Part shown: one piece after another, positions 26,225 through 40,135 of the stretch
Numbering within the stretch: the first letter of the stretch is position 1
Layout of the letters: every line of letters begins with the position of its first letter
Assembly (NCBI RefSeq): GCF_018350175.1
Contig: NC_058368.1
Coordinates: forward strand, 221,094,001-221,158,000
DNA from: Felis catus
Taxonomy: Eukaryota
Length of the DNA stretch: 64,000 bases
Direction: 5' to 3'
Notes under the pieces: generated by a model
What the model was told of the DNA's origin: nothing
What the model saw: only the letters and a program-made list of their open reading frames with translations
Database searches by the model: none
Made by a program: the position numbers and the translations under genes

Positions 26225-26464
26225 CAAAAAACCTTGGTTTGCAAGCATAATTCATTCCATAAACATGCTTGTAATCCAGAGCATTTGTATATGAAAGCAG
26301 ATTTCAAGAACCATTGGCTCAGTTGGGATCATGTGACATTCAGTATCCAGTACTACTAACATTGCAATATGTCACTCATTTATCAAGTTGAAATTGATAA
26401 GAAACACTTGCTCATCTTGTGGAACACCCACAGAACAAGTTACTCGCAATCCAAGGTTTTACTC
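26225..26464. mobile_element. Carnivore Tigger MITE (Tigger2a_Car-like) inserted in a MIR
   Basis: Imperfect TIRs aaaaccttggtttgcaag / ctcgcaatccaaggtttt with TA flanks. MIR-like sequence on both sides (about 26150-26600). Confidence 0.75.
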
Positions 26465-26641
26465 TATATAGTATTTAAACTTCACCATAACTCCATTAAC
26501 TAGATGGTACATCCATTTTATTTGTAGTAAAACGGTGATTCCATGAAACTTTAGACAGTGCCTCGAGGCACACTATTATCCTGGCTCCAAAGCCAACAGT
26601 TACCATAGAGTAACAGTTAATTTAACATGAATATGGAGGGA

Positions 26642-26868
26642 GGGACACCTGGGTGTCTCAGTGGGTTAAGCTTCAGACTCTGGATTTTGGCTCAGCTCAT
26701 GATCTTACAGTTTGTGGGATCAAGCCCAGGTTGGGCTCTGCGCTGACAGCATGGAGCCTACTTGAGATTCTCTTTCCCTCTCTGCCCCTCCCCTGTTCAT
26801 GCTCACTCATTATCTCTTTCTCTCTTTCTCTCTCTCTCTCTTAATAAATAAACATTTCAAAAATTAAA
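26642..26868 (+). mobile_element. Can-SINE, older subfamily
   Basis: gggacacctgggtg head, (CT)n, AATAAA. Confidence 0.94.
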
Positions 26869-27038
26869 ATGGATGCAGCGAAGTCTATCAGTTGGAGGTG
26901 AATGTTGGTAACGTGAGAAAGTCCCACTGTGTATCTTTAGCACTCACACTAAAGTAGAAACTGATATGATCTGGAGGAAAAAAGTATAGTAATGAAGAGA
27001 TACATACTTAAACCACAAATAGATTTAATGGACCATTA

Positions 27039-28245
27039 CAGCTCTTAGCCTTGGATAAGGGAGGCCCTGCCCTTAGCCCTGTGCCTCATTGGACCCTCCT
27101 CCAGTGCCTCTTCCAAGCCTGATAGTATGTCAGGACAGTGCACAACAGATCTTGTCCCATATATGTCCCTGTTGTGAAAGTGTCTACCTAAAAATCTTTT
27201 GTCTCCCTTTAGTGGGCATGGAATAGCAGGTACTAGCAAAGCACATCTTGACAGAATATGGAAAATTTTCAGCCAAGAAGGTCACCCGATGCTAGGCAAG
27301 GCAGACCTCTTGGCAGGCAGCCCTTCAGGGTTGACTGAGCCTGTCTCTCCAAAGGCTTCTGAAGACCATTGCTGAGTGATCACAACAGACCCTCCTGATT
27401 ATTGTATTTTCTCTCTTGCTTCCAATCAACGTGATGACTGCTGTTACTCAGGGCTGGTCTTATGCTATATTGAGCAAGGGGCAGGCCTTCCTGTACCAAT
27501 GGGATTGCTCATCTTGCTCTGCCTTGGTCCTTGCCTATCCTTCATCTCATCTAGTGGCAGGATGAGGAGTCAGGGATGAGGCCACAACTGTAAAAGATCA
27601 CATTCTACGAATTCAAGGATTATGGATTACCAGATCAAAAAAAGGCATAGTTGGAATATGTCTTGTTCTACATTTATGCTATAAAATCCCATATGGCAAA
27701 TTTAACATGTCCAGAAAAAATATTTTCACATGTTTTCTACCTAATCTAGAAAAGAGTTGCATTCATTGTTTTCATTAACAAAACCTAGACAAAATTTTGA
27801 AAGGGTCAGGGACCAATATTCATGGACAATACAATGGATGAGTAACGATGGAAACTTTATTAAGTGGCATTAGGAAACTGCAGAGGCAAGAAGATCCACG
27901 TTGTTTCAATACAGATGCACTCCAAGGAGCCATTGCCTGTTGTGGCAGAACATGCAAAACTAGCCAGTAAATGGTGCATTGAGTAAAGGACACAGAGATA
28001 GTTCCTGGATCTGAAGAGGAAGAAATAGTGCTTGGATACCAGGAAGAATCTCAACATGCACTGTTTTGGAAATAAACAAATGCAGCAATACCTCTTTTCT
28101 ACCCTTATTCTCAATCTTTATCAATAAATCACTGTACTTCAGATGAGCCCATAGATTTTAGACTACAGATTTTAATCAATTTGTTTATGTAGGCAGAGGC
28201 CCATGAAAATACCTGCCTGGACCCTGTACACCCTAGAGATAACTG
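27039..28245. mobile_element. Possible hAT-Tip100 fossil (FordPrefect-like)
   Basis: Ends ggccctgcccttagccctgtgc and gcctggaccctgtacaccctag resemble recalled Tip100 termini. Interior not verifiable. Confidence 0.35.
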
Positions 28246-28689
28246 TGTCAAGACTTGGTGTAGGGAATGATCATGAAAGTTGATGAAAGATGCTAGGTAG
28301 CTTGGAGGACCCAGCTGAGGTTGGAAGTCAGAATCTGTAATGGCATTAATCTACAAAATCATGAGATATGCTCTGCTCCAGCACCCAAATGCTTGGTTGT
28401 TGGAAGAGGAAAGAATCATCTTTGCTTAGTGTCTGGTAAAATGAAAGTACAGAAACAAAGGACAAGGAGAGAGAGGGTAGAGACATGGTTCATTAACTTC
28501 TGTATTGTGGTATCATGACTGGATAGGGTCGGGGGGCTTAAGAAGAAAAATTGAACGGTCCAGCGTCCTTCACAATTTATGGCAGCAGGTACGCACATCT
28601 TATTTTGATGTGGCCTTGCTGGCCACTGCTTTTTGTAATGTTTCTGCAGGTTATTTCAAAGCCATCCCCAAAGGGGGTCTCTTCACCAG

Positions 28690-29010
28690 ATCTCATTGAC
28701 CTCTACGCTTTTTACCACATTGATTCCTTCCTTCTAAAAGTCCTCTCGGTTTTTCTCTTCTTGAAAATCCCTATCTATATTCCAAGATCTATTAAAAGCA
28801 TTTATGAAAACCTATTTCTCTTTGCTGTTTGTTAATTTCATCATCTTTGTGTCTCGGTAAACCTTTGTTATATGACTTGGCAACATTTACCAAATTATCA
28901 GTTTTATCTTCAGTTTTGTACATTTCCTCAGGACAGAAACTATAATTTTTTTTTCCCTATTGGTATCTACTGTGTTTTCAATAGTTTGCTAAATGAATAG
29001 TAGAATAAAT
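28690..29010 (+). mobile_element. L2 fragment
   Basis: ttgacctct...accacattgat and tcaatagtttgctaaatgaat resemble L2 and its 3' end. Confidence 0.4.
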
Positions 29011-29819
29011 ACTGGAAATAAAGAATGGAAAACAAAACAAAGCAAAACAAGAAGTGAATCTACTCTCTATCTCTTTTCCCTCTCTCTGGGCTTTTCTCCT
29101 TAAGTGACAGAGAAAAACAAGAAGTTAATATATTTTCCAGTTCATTAAGCATTAATATATGATTTTAGATATGTGTGCACTTTTAAAAGCAGCATAACTT
29201 CCATAGATATATATGAAAAAAACACAAGATATATATTAACTTTAGATACAAATTCAACTTACCATTTTGAATAAATACATTTATATTGACATTAGGAAAC
29301 TTAAGATTTTGAGAAGCACAAGTTATCAAACTAGAAACTCTATATATTTTTGTGTTCTTTACATGAAATATCAGAATGCCTATGACCTGGATTTCTGATG
29401 TTACTAAATTATTGTTAGAAAAAAATAACAAACACTAGCTTTAATAAGTTTCTGAATATGTAAGCTTTAAAATATAGATTAGGTATCAGTAATTTAATGG
29501 AGTTCAAGCTTGTTAGTCCTGTGGTTAATTGTCTAGTTTTAAAAAGGAGCTTTAATTTTAATAATGTAATTTCCTTCCACATGTGGAGGCTCTAAATCAT
29601 TTGCTTTAACAAAGTTTTTCTATAGTTTCCTGATTGATAATGTTAACATTTTTGGGAAACGATATTTTAAACACCCTATGAGCATGAAGTTTTTTGGGTG
29701 AGTAAAACGTGACTTTGCTATCAGAGTGATAAATCTAAAGTACAAAATTTGCATTCTATAGATACAAAAATAAGTTTTTAAGTGTGGAAAACCAAAAACT
29801 TTGACTGTAACACTATATA

Positions 29820-30035
29820 GGGGCACCTGGGTGGCTCAGTTGGTTGAGTGTCCGACTCTTCATTTTGGCTTAGGTCATGATCTCAGGGTTCTTGAAATTG
29901 AACCCCACATTGGGCTCTGCACTGACAGCATAGAGCCTGCTTGGGATTATCTCCTTTCCTCTGTCTCTGCCCCTTCCTCTCTCTGTCTCTCTCTCTCAAA
30001 ATAAGTGAGTAAAGTTTAATAAGTAAATAAATATA
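29820..30035 (+). mobile_element. Can-SINE
   Basis: ggggcacctgggtggctcagttggttgag head. actatata on both flanks. Confidence 0.95.
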
Positions 30036-30377
30036 ATACTATATAAATAAGAGTAACATAAGGGAAATATTTAAGCATTTTTTTACAATTATAGATGTTA
30101 ACTCCAATTTTCAAGTAATCTTAAAATTTCCAAAAATCTAAATACATTGTTTTTCTTTTAATATAAAATTTATTGTCGGATTGGTTTCCATACAACACCC
30201 AATGCTCCTCCCAACAGGTGCCCTCCTCAATACCCATCACCCACCGTCCCCTCCCTCCTACTCCCCTTCAACCCTCAGTTTGTTCTCAGTTTTTAAGAGT
30301 CTCTTATGATTTGGCTCTCTCCCTCTATACTTTTTTTTTTTTCCCTTCCCCTCCCCCATGGTCTTCTGTTAAGTATC

Positions 30378-33300
30378 TCAGGATCCACATAAGAGTGAAA
30401 ACATTGTATCTGTCTTTCTCTTTTTGACTTATTTCACTTAGCATAACACTCTCCAGTTCAATCCATGTTGCTAAAAAAGGCTATATTTCATTATTTATCA
30501 TTGCCAAGTAGTATTCCATTCTGTATATAAACCACAATTTACTTATCCATTCATCAGTTGATGGACAATTAGGGTCTTTCCATAATTTGGCTATTGTTGA
30601 AAGTGCTGCTGTAAACATTGGGGTACAAGGGCCTCTATGCATCAGCACTCCTGTATCCTTTGGGTAAATTCCTAGCAGTGCTATGGCTGGGTCATAGGTT
30701 AGATCTATTTTTAATTTTTTGAGGAACCTCCACACTGTTTTCCAGAGTGGCTGCACCTGCTTGCATTCCCACCAACAGTGCCAGAGGGTTCCCATTTCTC
30801 CACATCCTCTCCAGCATCTTTAGTCTCCTGATTTGTTCATTTTAGCCACTCTGACTGGCATGAGATGGTATCTCAGTGTGGTTTTGCTTTGTATTTCCCA
30901 GATGAGGAGCAACGTTGAGCATATTTTCATGTGTCTGTTGGCCATCTGGATGTCTTTAGAGAAGTGTCTATTCATGTTTTCTGCCCATTTCTTCACTGGA
31001 TTATTTGTTTTTCGGGTGTGGAGTTTGGTGAGTTCTTTATAGATTTTGGATATGAGTCCTTTGTCTGATATGTCATCTGTGAATATCTTTTCTCATTCCA
31101 TCAATTGCCTTTTAGTTTTGATTGTTTCTTTTTCAGTGCAGAAGCTTTTTATCTTGATGAAGTCCCAATAGTTCACTTTTGCTTTTAATTCCCTTGCCTG
31201 TGGAGATGTGTCAAGTAAGAAATTGCTGCGTGTGAGGTCAGAGAGGTTTTTTCTTGCTTTCTCCTCTAGGGTTTTGATGGTTTCTTGTCTCACATTCAGG
31301 TCCTTTATCCATGTTGTGTTTATTTTTGTGAATGGTGTAAGAAAGTGGTCTAGTTTCAACCTTCTGCATGTTGCTGTCCAGTTCTCCCAGCACCATTTGT
31401 TAAAGAGACTGTCTTTTTTCCATTGGATATTCTTTCCTACTTTGTCAAAGATGAGTTGGCCATACTTTGGTGGGTCCAATTCTGGAGTCTCTATTCTATT
31501 CCATTGGTCTATGTGTCTGTTTTTGTGCAAATACCATGCTGTCTTGATGATTACATATTTGTTGTAGAGGCTAAAGTCTGGGATTGTGATGCCTCCCACT
31601 TTGGTCTTCTTCAATATTACTTTGGCTATTCAGGGTATTTGTGGCTCCATACAAATTTTAGGATTGCTTGTTCTAGCTTCGAGAAGAAAGCTGGTGCAAT
31701 TTTGATTGGGATTACACTGAATGTGTAAATTGCTTTGGGTAGTATTGACATTTAGACAATATTTATTCTTCCAATCCATGAGCACGGAATGTTTATCCAT
31801 TTCTTTGTATCTTCTTCAATTTCCTTCATAAGTTTTCTATAGTTTTCAGCATACAGATCTTTTACATCTTTGGTTAGATTTATTCCTAGGTATTTTATGC
31901 TTCTTGATGCAATTGTCAATGGGATCAGTTTCTTCATTTGTCTTTCTGTTGCTTCATTATTAGTGTATAAGAATGCAGCTGATTTCTGTACATTAATTTT
32001 GTATCCTGCGACTTTGCTGAATTCATGTCTCAGTTCTAGCAGACTTTTGGTGGAGTCTATCGGATTTTCCATGTATAATATCATGCCATGTGCAAAGAGT
32101 GAAAGCTTGACTTTATCTTTGCCAATTTTCATGCCTTTGATTTCCTTTTGTTGTCTGATTGCTGATGTTAGAACTTCCCACACTATGTTAAACAACAGTG
32201 GAGAGAGCGGACATCCCTGTCTTATTCCTGATCTCAGGCGGAAAGCTCTCAGTTTTTTCCCATTGAGGATGATGTTAGCTGTGGGCTTTTCATAAATGGC
32301 TTTTATGATGTTTAAGTATGTTCCTTCTATCCCGACTTTCTCAAGGGTTTTTATTAAGAAAGGATGCTGAATTTTGTAAAATGCTTTTTCTGCATCAATT
32401 GACAAGATCATATGGTTCTTTTCTTTTCTTTTATTAATGTGATGTATCACATTGATTGATTTGTGAATGTTGAACCAGCCCTCCAGCCCAGGAATGAATC
32501 CCACTTGATCATGGTGAATAATTCTTTTTATATGCCGTTGAATTCGATTTGCTAGTATCTTATTGAGAATTTTTGCATCCATATTCATCAGGGATATTGG
32601 CCTGTAGTTCTCTTTTTTTACTGGGTCTCTGTCTGGTTTAGGAATCAAAGTAATACTGGCTTCATAGAATGAGTCTGGAAGTTTTCCTTCCCTTTCTATT
32701 TCTTGGAATAGCTTGAGAAGGATAGGTATTATCTCTGCTTTAAACATCTGGTAGAACTCCCCTGGGAAGCCATCTGGTCCTGGACTCTTATTTGTTGGGA
32801 GATTTTTGATGACTGATTCAATTTCTTCACTGGTTATGGGTCTGTTCAAGCTTTCTATTTCCTCCTGATTGAGTTTTGCAAGCGTGTGGGTGTGTAGGAA
32901 TTTGTCCATTTCTTCCAGGTTTTCCAGTTTGTTGGCATATAATTTTTCATAGTATTCCCTGATAATTGCTTGTATCTCTGATGGATTGGTTATAATAATC
33001 CCATTTTCATTCATGATTTTATCTACTTGGGTCATCTCCCTTTTCTTTTTTGAGAAGCCTGGCTAGAGGTTTATCAATTTTGTTCATTTGTTCAGAAAAT
33101 CAACTCTTGGTTTCATTGATCTGCTCTACAGTTTTTTTTAGATTCTCTACTGTTTATATGGAAGATCTGCTCTGATCTTTATTATTTCTCTTCTTCTGCT
33201 GGGTTTAGGGTGTCTTTGCTGTTCTGCTTCTATTTCCTTTACGTGTGCTGTTAGATTTTGTATTTGGGATTTTTCTTATTTCTAGAGATAGGCCTGGACT

Positions 33301-34209
33301 GCAATGTATTTTCCTCTCAGGACTGCCTTCGCTGCATCCCAATGCATTTGGATTGTTGTATTTTCATTTTCGTTTGTTTCTGTATATTTTTTAATTTCTT
33401 CTCTAATTGCCTGGTTGACCCAGTCATTCTTTAGAATGGTGTTCTTTAACCTCCATGCTTTTGGAGGTTTTCCAGACTTTTTCCTGTGGTTGATTTCAAG
33501 TTTCATAGCATTGTGGTCTGAAAGTGTCTATGGTATAATCTCAATTCTTGTATACTTATAAAGGGCTGTTTTGTGACCCAGTATGTGATCTATCTTGGAG
33601 AATGTTCCATGTGCACTCAAGAAGAAAGTATATTCTGTTGCTTTGGGATGCAGAGTTCTAAATATATCTGTCAAGTCCATCTGATCCAATGTATCATTCA
33701 GGGCCCTTGTTTCTTTATTGATCCTGTGTCTAGATGATCTATCCATTGCTGTAAGTGGGGTATTAAAGTCCCCTGCAATTACCACATTCTTATCAATAAG
33801 GTTGCTTATGTTTGTGATTAATTGCTTTATATATTTGGGGACTCCCGTATTTGGCACATATACATTTATCATTGTTAGCTCTTCCTGATGGATAGACCCT
33901 GTAATTATTATATAATGCCCTTCTCCGTCTCTTGTTACAGACTTTAATTTAAAGTCTTGTTTGTCTGATATAAATATGGCTACTCCAGCTTTCTTTTGAC
34001 TTCCAGTAGCATAATAGATAGTTCTCCATCCCCTCGCTTTCAATCTCAAGGTGTCCTCAGGTCTAAAATGAGTCTCTTGTAGACAGCAAATAGCTGAGTC
34101 CTGTTTTTTTTTTTTTTTTTATACTTTCTGATACCCTATGTCTTTTGGTTGGCACATTTAGTCCATTTTCACTCAGTGTTATTATTGAAAGATATGGGTT
34201 TAGTGTCAT
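30378..34209 (-). pseudogene. L1 ORF2 (endonuclease/RT), disrupted
   Basis: Start MTLNPYLSII at 34209; EN motif AGDFNTPL; 427-aa open RT segment 31752..33035 with FADD mutated to FAHG; frameshift at the poly-T near 34104-34120. Confidence 0.95.
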
Positions 34210-34277
34210 TGTGATGTCTGTAGCTTTCATGCTTGTAGTTATGTCTCTGGTACATTGTGGTCCCTGCAACATTTCAC

Positions 34278-35172
34278 TCACACAATCCCCTTTAGGATCT
34301 CATGTAGGGCTGGTTTAGAAGTGATGAATTCCTTCAGTGTTTGTTTGTTTGGGAAGACCTTTATCTCTCCTTCTATTCTGAATGACAGACTTGATGGATA
34401 AAGGATTCTCAGCTGCATATTTTTTCTGTTCATCACATTGAAGATCTCCTGCCATTCCTTTCTGGCCTGCCAAGTTTCAGTAGATAGATCTGCCACTAGT
34501 CTTATCAGTCTCCCTTTATACGTTACAGCATGTTTATCCCTAGCTGCTTTCAGAATTTTCTCTTTATCCTTGTATTTTGCCAGTTTCCCTGTGATATGTT
34601 GTGTAGAAGATCAATTCAAGTTATGTCTGAAAGGAGTTCTCTGTGCCCCTTGTATTTCAATGCCTTTTTTCTTCCCCAGATTAGGGAAGTTCTCAGCTAG
34701 GATTTGTTCAAGTACACCTTCAGCCCCTTTCTCTCTGTCTTCTTCTTCTGGAATTCCTATGATAAGGATATTGTTCCATTTGAGTGCATCACTTAGTTCT
34801 CTAATTCTCCCCTCATACTCCTGGATTTTTTTATCTCTCTTTTTCTCAGCTTCCTCTTTTTCCATAATTTTATCTTCTAATTCACCTATTCTCTCCTCTG
34901 CCTCTTCAGTCCGACCTGTGGTCACCTCCATTTCATTTGACAGCTCATTTATAGCATTTTTTAGCTCCTCCTGACTGTTTCTTAGTCCCTTCATCTCTGT
35001 AGCAATAGATTCTATGCTGTCCTCTATACTTTTTTCAAGCCCAGCAATTAATTTTATGAGTATTATTCTAAATTCTTGTTCCATTATATTGCTTAAATAG
35101 TTTTTTTGTCAATTCATTAGCTGTCGCTACCTCCTGGAGTTTCTTTTGAGGAGAATTCTTCTGTGTCAATAT
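34278..35172 (-). pseudogene. L1 ORF1, disrupted
   Basis: Coiled-coil and RRM segments (NNILIIGIPE; ADLSTETWQARKEW). Start codon mutated; premature stop at 34611. Confidence 0.93.
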
Positions 35173-36720
35173 ATTGGGAGGTCCCTGTGGTGGCTCCAAA
35201 CTGCAGGGTACTTCCCCTGTGCCATTGGGAGTAACTTGTGTTGGTGGGTGGGGCTGCAGTCAGACCAGGTGTTTGCCCCCAGCCCACCACTGGGGCCACA
35301 GTCAGACTGGTGTGTACCCTATCTTCCCCTCTCCCAGGGGCTGGACTCACTGTGGAATGCTGTGGCCCCTGTCTGGGCTACTTGCACCCTGCCAGGCTTG
35401 TGGTGCTGCTTCGATGGGATCTGGCATATTAGCCAGGGTGGATCCACAGGGTGCACAGGGGTGGGAGGGGCAGGCTCAGCTGGCTCTGCCTAGGTGGTTC
35501 CCTGCAGGAGGGGCCCTGTGGCACCAGGAGGGAGGCAGACCCGTCGGAGGGATGGATCCGCAGAAGCACAGCGTTGGGTGTTTGTGCAGTGTGAGCAAGT
35601 TGGATGATGGGAACTGGTTCCCTTTGGAAATTCAGCCGGGGGATGGGAGAGGGAGATGGTGCTTCCCAGCACCTTTGTTCCCCTGCCAAGCTGAGCTCTG
35701 TCTTCCGGGGCTCAGCAATTCTCCTTCCTGGCGTCCTCTCACCCTCCCCGCTCTCTGAGAGCAGAGCTGTTGACTTTTAACCTTCCAAATGTTAAGTCCT
35801 GCTGGCTGCCAGGACTCACGGAGTCCAGCCCCTCCACATTTGCAAGCCAGACCTGGGGTCTCTGCCTTACCCAGCAGGCTGCCGCTCCACCACACCGGCT
35901 CCCTCCCGCCAGTCCTTGTAACGCGCACTGCCTCTCCGCCCTTCCTACCCTCTTCCATGGGCCTCTTGTCTACGCTTGGCTCCAGAGAGTCCGTTCTGCT
36001 AGTCTTCTGGCAGTTTTCTGGGTGATTTAGGCAGATGTGGGCAGAATCTAAGTGACCAGCAGGACGAGGTGAGCCCAGCGTCCTCCTATGCCACCATCTT
36101 CCCCTCTCTCCAATAACATACATTACTTTGAAGACATAATATTTTTTAAATTATTTTATATTTAGTGGGTTTATCTTTTATGTAATAGTCTGTTTTTAGG
36201 ACAAATAGTCTTTTAAAAATGCACATTATTTTCTTTTACTGATATGTTACCTCACTATAGGTATTTAAGAAAATTTAAAAAAGAATATACATATAATTCA
36301 GTGATAATTTTTATAAGTATAGAATCGTTCATCTATTTTTTTGCCTATTTATTTACTTTTTATATATCTTAAATTTACATCCAAGTTATTTAGCATATAG
36401 TGCAATAATGATTTCAGGGGTAGATTCCTTAATGCCCCTTACCCATTTAGCCCATCCCCAATCCCACAACGCCTCCAGTCATCCTCTGTTTGTTCTCCAT
36501 GTGTAGGAGTCTCTTATGTTTTGTCCACCTCCCTGTTTTAATATTATTTTTTTCCCTTCCCTTATGTTCATCTGTTTTGTCTCTTAAAGTCCTGAGTGAA
36601 GTCATATGATGTTCGTCTTTCTCTGATTGACTAATTTCACTTAGCATAATACCCTCCAGTTCCATCCACGTAGTTGCCAGTGGCAAGATTTCATTCTTTT
36701 TTATTGCCGAGTAATACTCC

Positions 36721-36722
<2 letters not shown>

Positions 36723-36795
<73 letters not shown>
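36723..36795. repeat. (TA)n microsatellite inside L1
   Basis: Direct reading. Confidence 0.98.
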
Positions 36796-36798
<3 letters not shown>

Positions 36799-37583
36799 AT
36801 CTTTATCCATTCATCAGTTGATGGACATTTGGGCTCTTTCCATACTTTGGCTATTGTTGATAGTGCTGCTATAAACATGGGGGTACATGTGTCCCTTAAA
36901 AACAGCACACCTGTATCCCATGGATTAATGTCTAGTAGTGCAATTTCTGGGTTGTAGGGTTGTTACACTTTTAGTTTTCTGAGGAACCTCCATACTGTTT
37001 TCCAGAGTGGCTGCACCAGCTTGCATTCCCACCAACAATGCAAAAGAGATCCTCTTTCTCTGCATCCTCACCAACATCTGTTGTTGCCTGAGTTGTTAAC
37101 GTTAGCCATTCTGACAGGTGTGAGGTGGTATGTCATTGTGGTTTGATTTGTATTTCCTTGATGAGTGATGTTGAGCATTTTTTCATGTGTCGGTTGGCCA
37201 TCTGGATGTCTTCTTTGGAGAAATATCTATTCATGTCTTTTTCCCATTTCTTCACTGGATTGTTTGTTTTTTGGGTGTCGAGTTTGATAAATTCTTTATA
37301 GATTTTGGATACTAACCCTTTATCTGATATGTCATTTTCAAATATCTTATCCCATTCCGTGGGTTGCCTTTTAGTTTTGCTAGTTGTTTCCTTCACTGTG
37401 CAGAAGCTTTTGATTTTGATGAGGTCTCAGTAGTTCATTTTTGCTTTTGTTTCCCTTGCCTTCAGACATGTGTTGAGTAAGAAGTTGCTGCAGCGAAAAT
37501 CAAAGAGGTTTTTGCCTGCTTTCTCCTCAAGGATTTTTATGGCTTCCTGTCTTACATTTAGATCTTTCATCCATTTTTAGTTT

Positions 37584-37808
37584 TTTTTTTTATTTTTTTA
37601 ATATTTATTTATTTTTGACAGAGAGATAGACAGAACATGAGTGGGGGAGGGGCAGAGAGAGAGAGAGAGGGAGACACAGAATCCGAAGCAGGCTCCAGGC
37701 TCTGAGCTGTCAGCACAGAGCCTGATGTGGGGCTCGAACCCATGAACTGCGAGATCATGACCTGAGCCGAAATTGGACGCTCAACCGACTGAGCCAACCA
37801 GGCGCCCC
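37584..37808 (-). mobile_element. Can-SINE inside L1 ORF2
   Basis: TSD catttttagttt / cattttgagttt. Confidence 0.96.
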
Positions 37809-39909
37809 CATTTTGAGTTTATTTTTGTGTATGGTGTAAGAAAGTGGTCCAGGTTTATTTTTCTGCGTGTCACTGTCCAGTTTTCCCAGCACCGCTTGCT
37901 GAGGAAACTGTCTTCATTCCATTGGATAGTCTTCCCTGCTTTGTCACAGATTTGTTGGCCAAACATGTGTGAGTCCATTTCTGGGTTCTCTATTCTGTTC
38001 CATTGATCTGAGTGTCTTTGTGCCAGTACCATACTGTCTTGATGATTACAGCTTTGTAATACAGCTGGAAGTCCAGAATTGTGATGCCTCCTGCTTTGGT
38101 TTTCTTTTTCAAGATTGCTTTGGCTATTTGGCATCTTTTCTGGTTCCACAAAGTTTGGGATTTTTGTTCTAGTCCTGTGAAGAATGCTGGTGTCATTTTG
38201 ACAGGTATTGCATTGAATAGGTAGATTGCTTTGGGTACTATTGACATTTTAGCAATATTTGTTCTTATCCAGAAGCATGGAGTATTTTTCCATTGTTTTG
38301 TGTCTTCTTCAACTTCTTTTTATAAGATTTCTATATTTTTCAGTGTATAGATTTTTCACCTCTTTGGTTAGATTTATTCCTAGGTATTCATGGTTCTTGG
38401 TGCAGTTGTAAGTGGGACCAACTCCTTGATTTCTCTTTCTGTTGCTTCATTCTTGGTGTATAGGAATGCAACCGATTTCTGTGCATTGATTTCATATCCT
38501 GCAACTTTGCTGAATTCATGAATTATTTCTAGCAGTTTTTTGGTGGAATCTTTTGGGTTTTCCATATAGAGTACCACATCATCTGTGGAGAGTGAAAGTT
38601 TGACCTCCTCCTGGCTGATTTGGATGCCTTTTATTTCTTTGTGTTGTCTGGTTACCGAGGCTAAGACTTCCAATAATATGTTGAATAACGGTGGCCACAG
38701 TGGACATTCCTGTCTTGTTCCTGACCTTAGGGGAAAAGCTCTCAGTTTTTCCCCATTGAGGATGATATTAGCATTGGGTCTTTCATATATGGCTTTTATG
38801 ATCTCAAGGTATGTTCCTTCTATCCCTACATTCTTGTGGGTTTTTATCAAGAAGGGATGCTGTATTTTGTCAAATGCTTTCTCTGCAACTATTGAGAGGT
38901 TCATATGGTTCTTGTCCTTTCTTTTCTTGATGTGATGAATCACACTGATTGTTTTGCAGATATTCAACCAGCCCTGCATCCCAGGTATAAATCCCACTTG
39001 GTCGTGATGAATAATTTTTTTAATGTATTGTTAGATCCAGTTGGCTATTATCTTTTTCAGGATTTTTGCATCCATGTTAATCAAGGAAATTGGTACATAG
39101 TTCCCCTTTTTAGTGGGGTCTTTTTCTGGTTTTGGAATCAAGGTAATGCTGGCTTCATAGAAAGAGTTTGGGAGTTTTCCTTCCATTTCTATTTTTGGAA
39201 CAGCTTCAAGAGAATAAGTGTTAACTCTTCCTTAAGTATTTGGCTGAATTCCCCTGGAAAGCCATGTGGCTCTGGACTCTTTTGGGGGGGGGGGGTTTGA
39301 ATACTAATTCAATTTCTTTACTGTTTATGGGTTTATTCAAATTTTCTATTTCTTCCTGTTTCAGTTTTGATAGTGTATATGTTTCTAGGAATTTGTCCAT
39401 TTCTTCCAGATTGCCCATTTTACTGGTGTATAATTGCTCATAATATTCTCTTAATATTGTTTTTATTTCTGCTGTGTTGGTTGTGATCGCTCCCCTCTCA
39501 TTCTTGATTTTATTTATTTGGGTCCTTTCCTTTTTCTTTTTGATCAAACTGGCCAGTGGTTTATCAGTTTTGTTAATTCTTTCAAAGAACCAGCTTCTGG
39601 CTTCATTGATCTGTTCTACTGTTTTTTGGTTTCTATAGCATTAATTTCTGTTCTAATCTTTATTACTTTCTGTCTTCTGCTAGTTTGGGGTTTTATTTGC
39701 TGTTCTTTTACTAGCTCTTTAAGGTGTAAGGTTAGATTTTGTATCTAAGACCTTTCTTCCTTCTTTAGGAAGGCCTAGATTGCTATATATTTTCCTCCTA
39801 TGACCACCTTTGCTGCATCCCAGACGTTTTTGGCTGTGGTGTTATCATTTTCATTGGCTTCCATGCACTTTTTAGTTTCCTCTATAACTTCTTGGTTAGC
39901 CCATTCATT

Positions 39910-40135
39910 GTTTTTTTTTTCTTATTTTTTTTAACGTTTATTTATTTTTGAGACAGAGAGAGACACAGCACAAACGGGGGAGGGTCAGAGAGAGAGGGAG
40001 ACACAGAATCTGAAACAGGCTCCAGGCTCCGAGCTGTCAGCACAGAGCCCAACGTGGGGCTCGAACTCACGGACTGCGAGATCATGACCTGAGCCAAAGT
40101 TGGACACGTAACTGACTGAGCCACCCAGGCGCCCC
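39910..40135 (-). mobile_element. Can-SINE (SINEC_Fc) inside L1 ORF2
   Basis: Perfect TSD agcccattcatt at 39898-39909 and 40136-40147. Confidence 0.97.

Larger units (their letters stand above)
30150..36111 (-). mobile_element. Full-length inactive felid L1 (about 5.96 kb)
   Basis: 5' end with YY1-like AAGATGGTGG, about 0.9 kb 5'UTR, ORF1, ORF2 (EN, RT, C-terminus), cat-type 3'UTR and degenerate tail. Confidence 0.97.

Noticed and set aside
31752..33035. 427-aa RT ORF as an active or novel reverse transcriptase
   Set aside because: It is an internal piece of L1 ORF2 with catalytic FADD mutated to FAHG and flanking frameshifts.
35174..36123. GC-rich ORFs in the L1 5'UTR as an ORF0 analogue
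   Set aside because: Long ORFs are expected in GC-rich DNA; mostly non-ATG starts and no supporting evidence.
30135..36130. TSD for the first full-length L1
   Set aside because: Only a 7-bp atacatt core is shared, insufficient in AT-rich DNA.
37609..37797. Recurrent MAQSV...AQSLEPASDSVSPSL peptides suggesting a gene family
   Set aside because: Chance reading frames of Can-SINEs.
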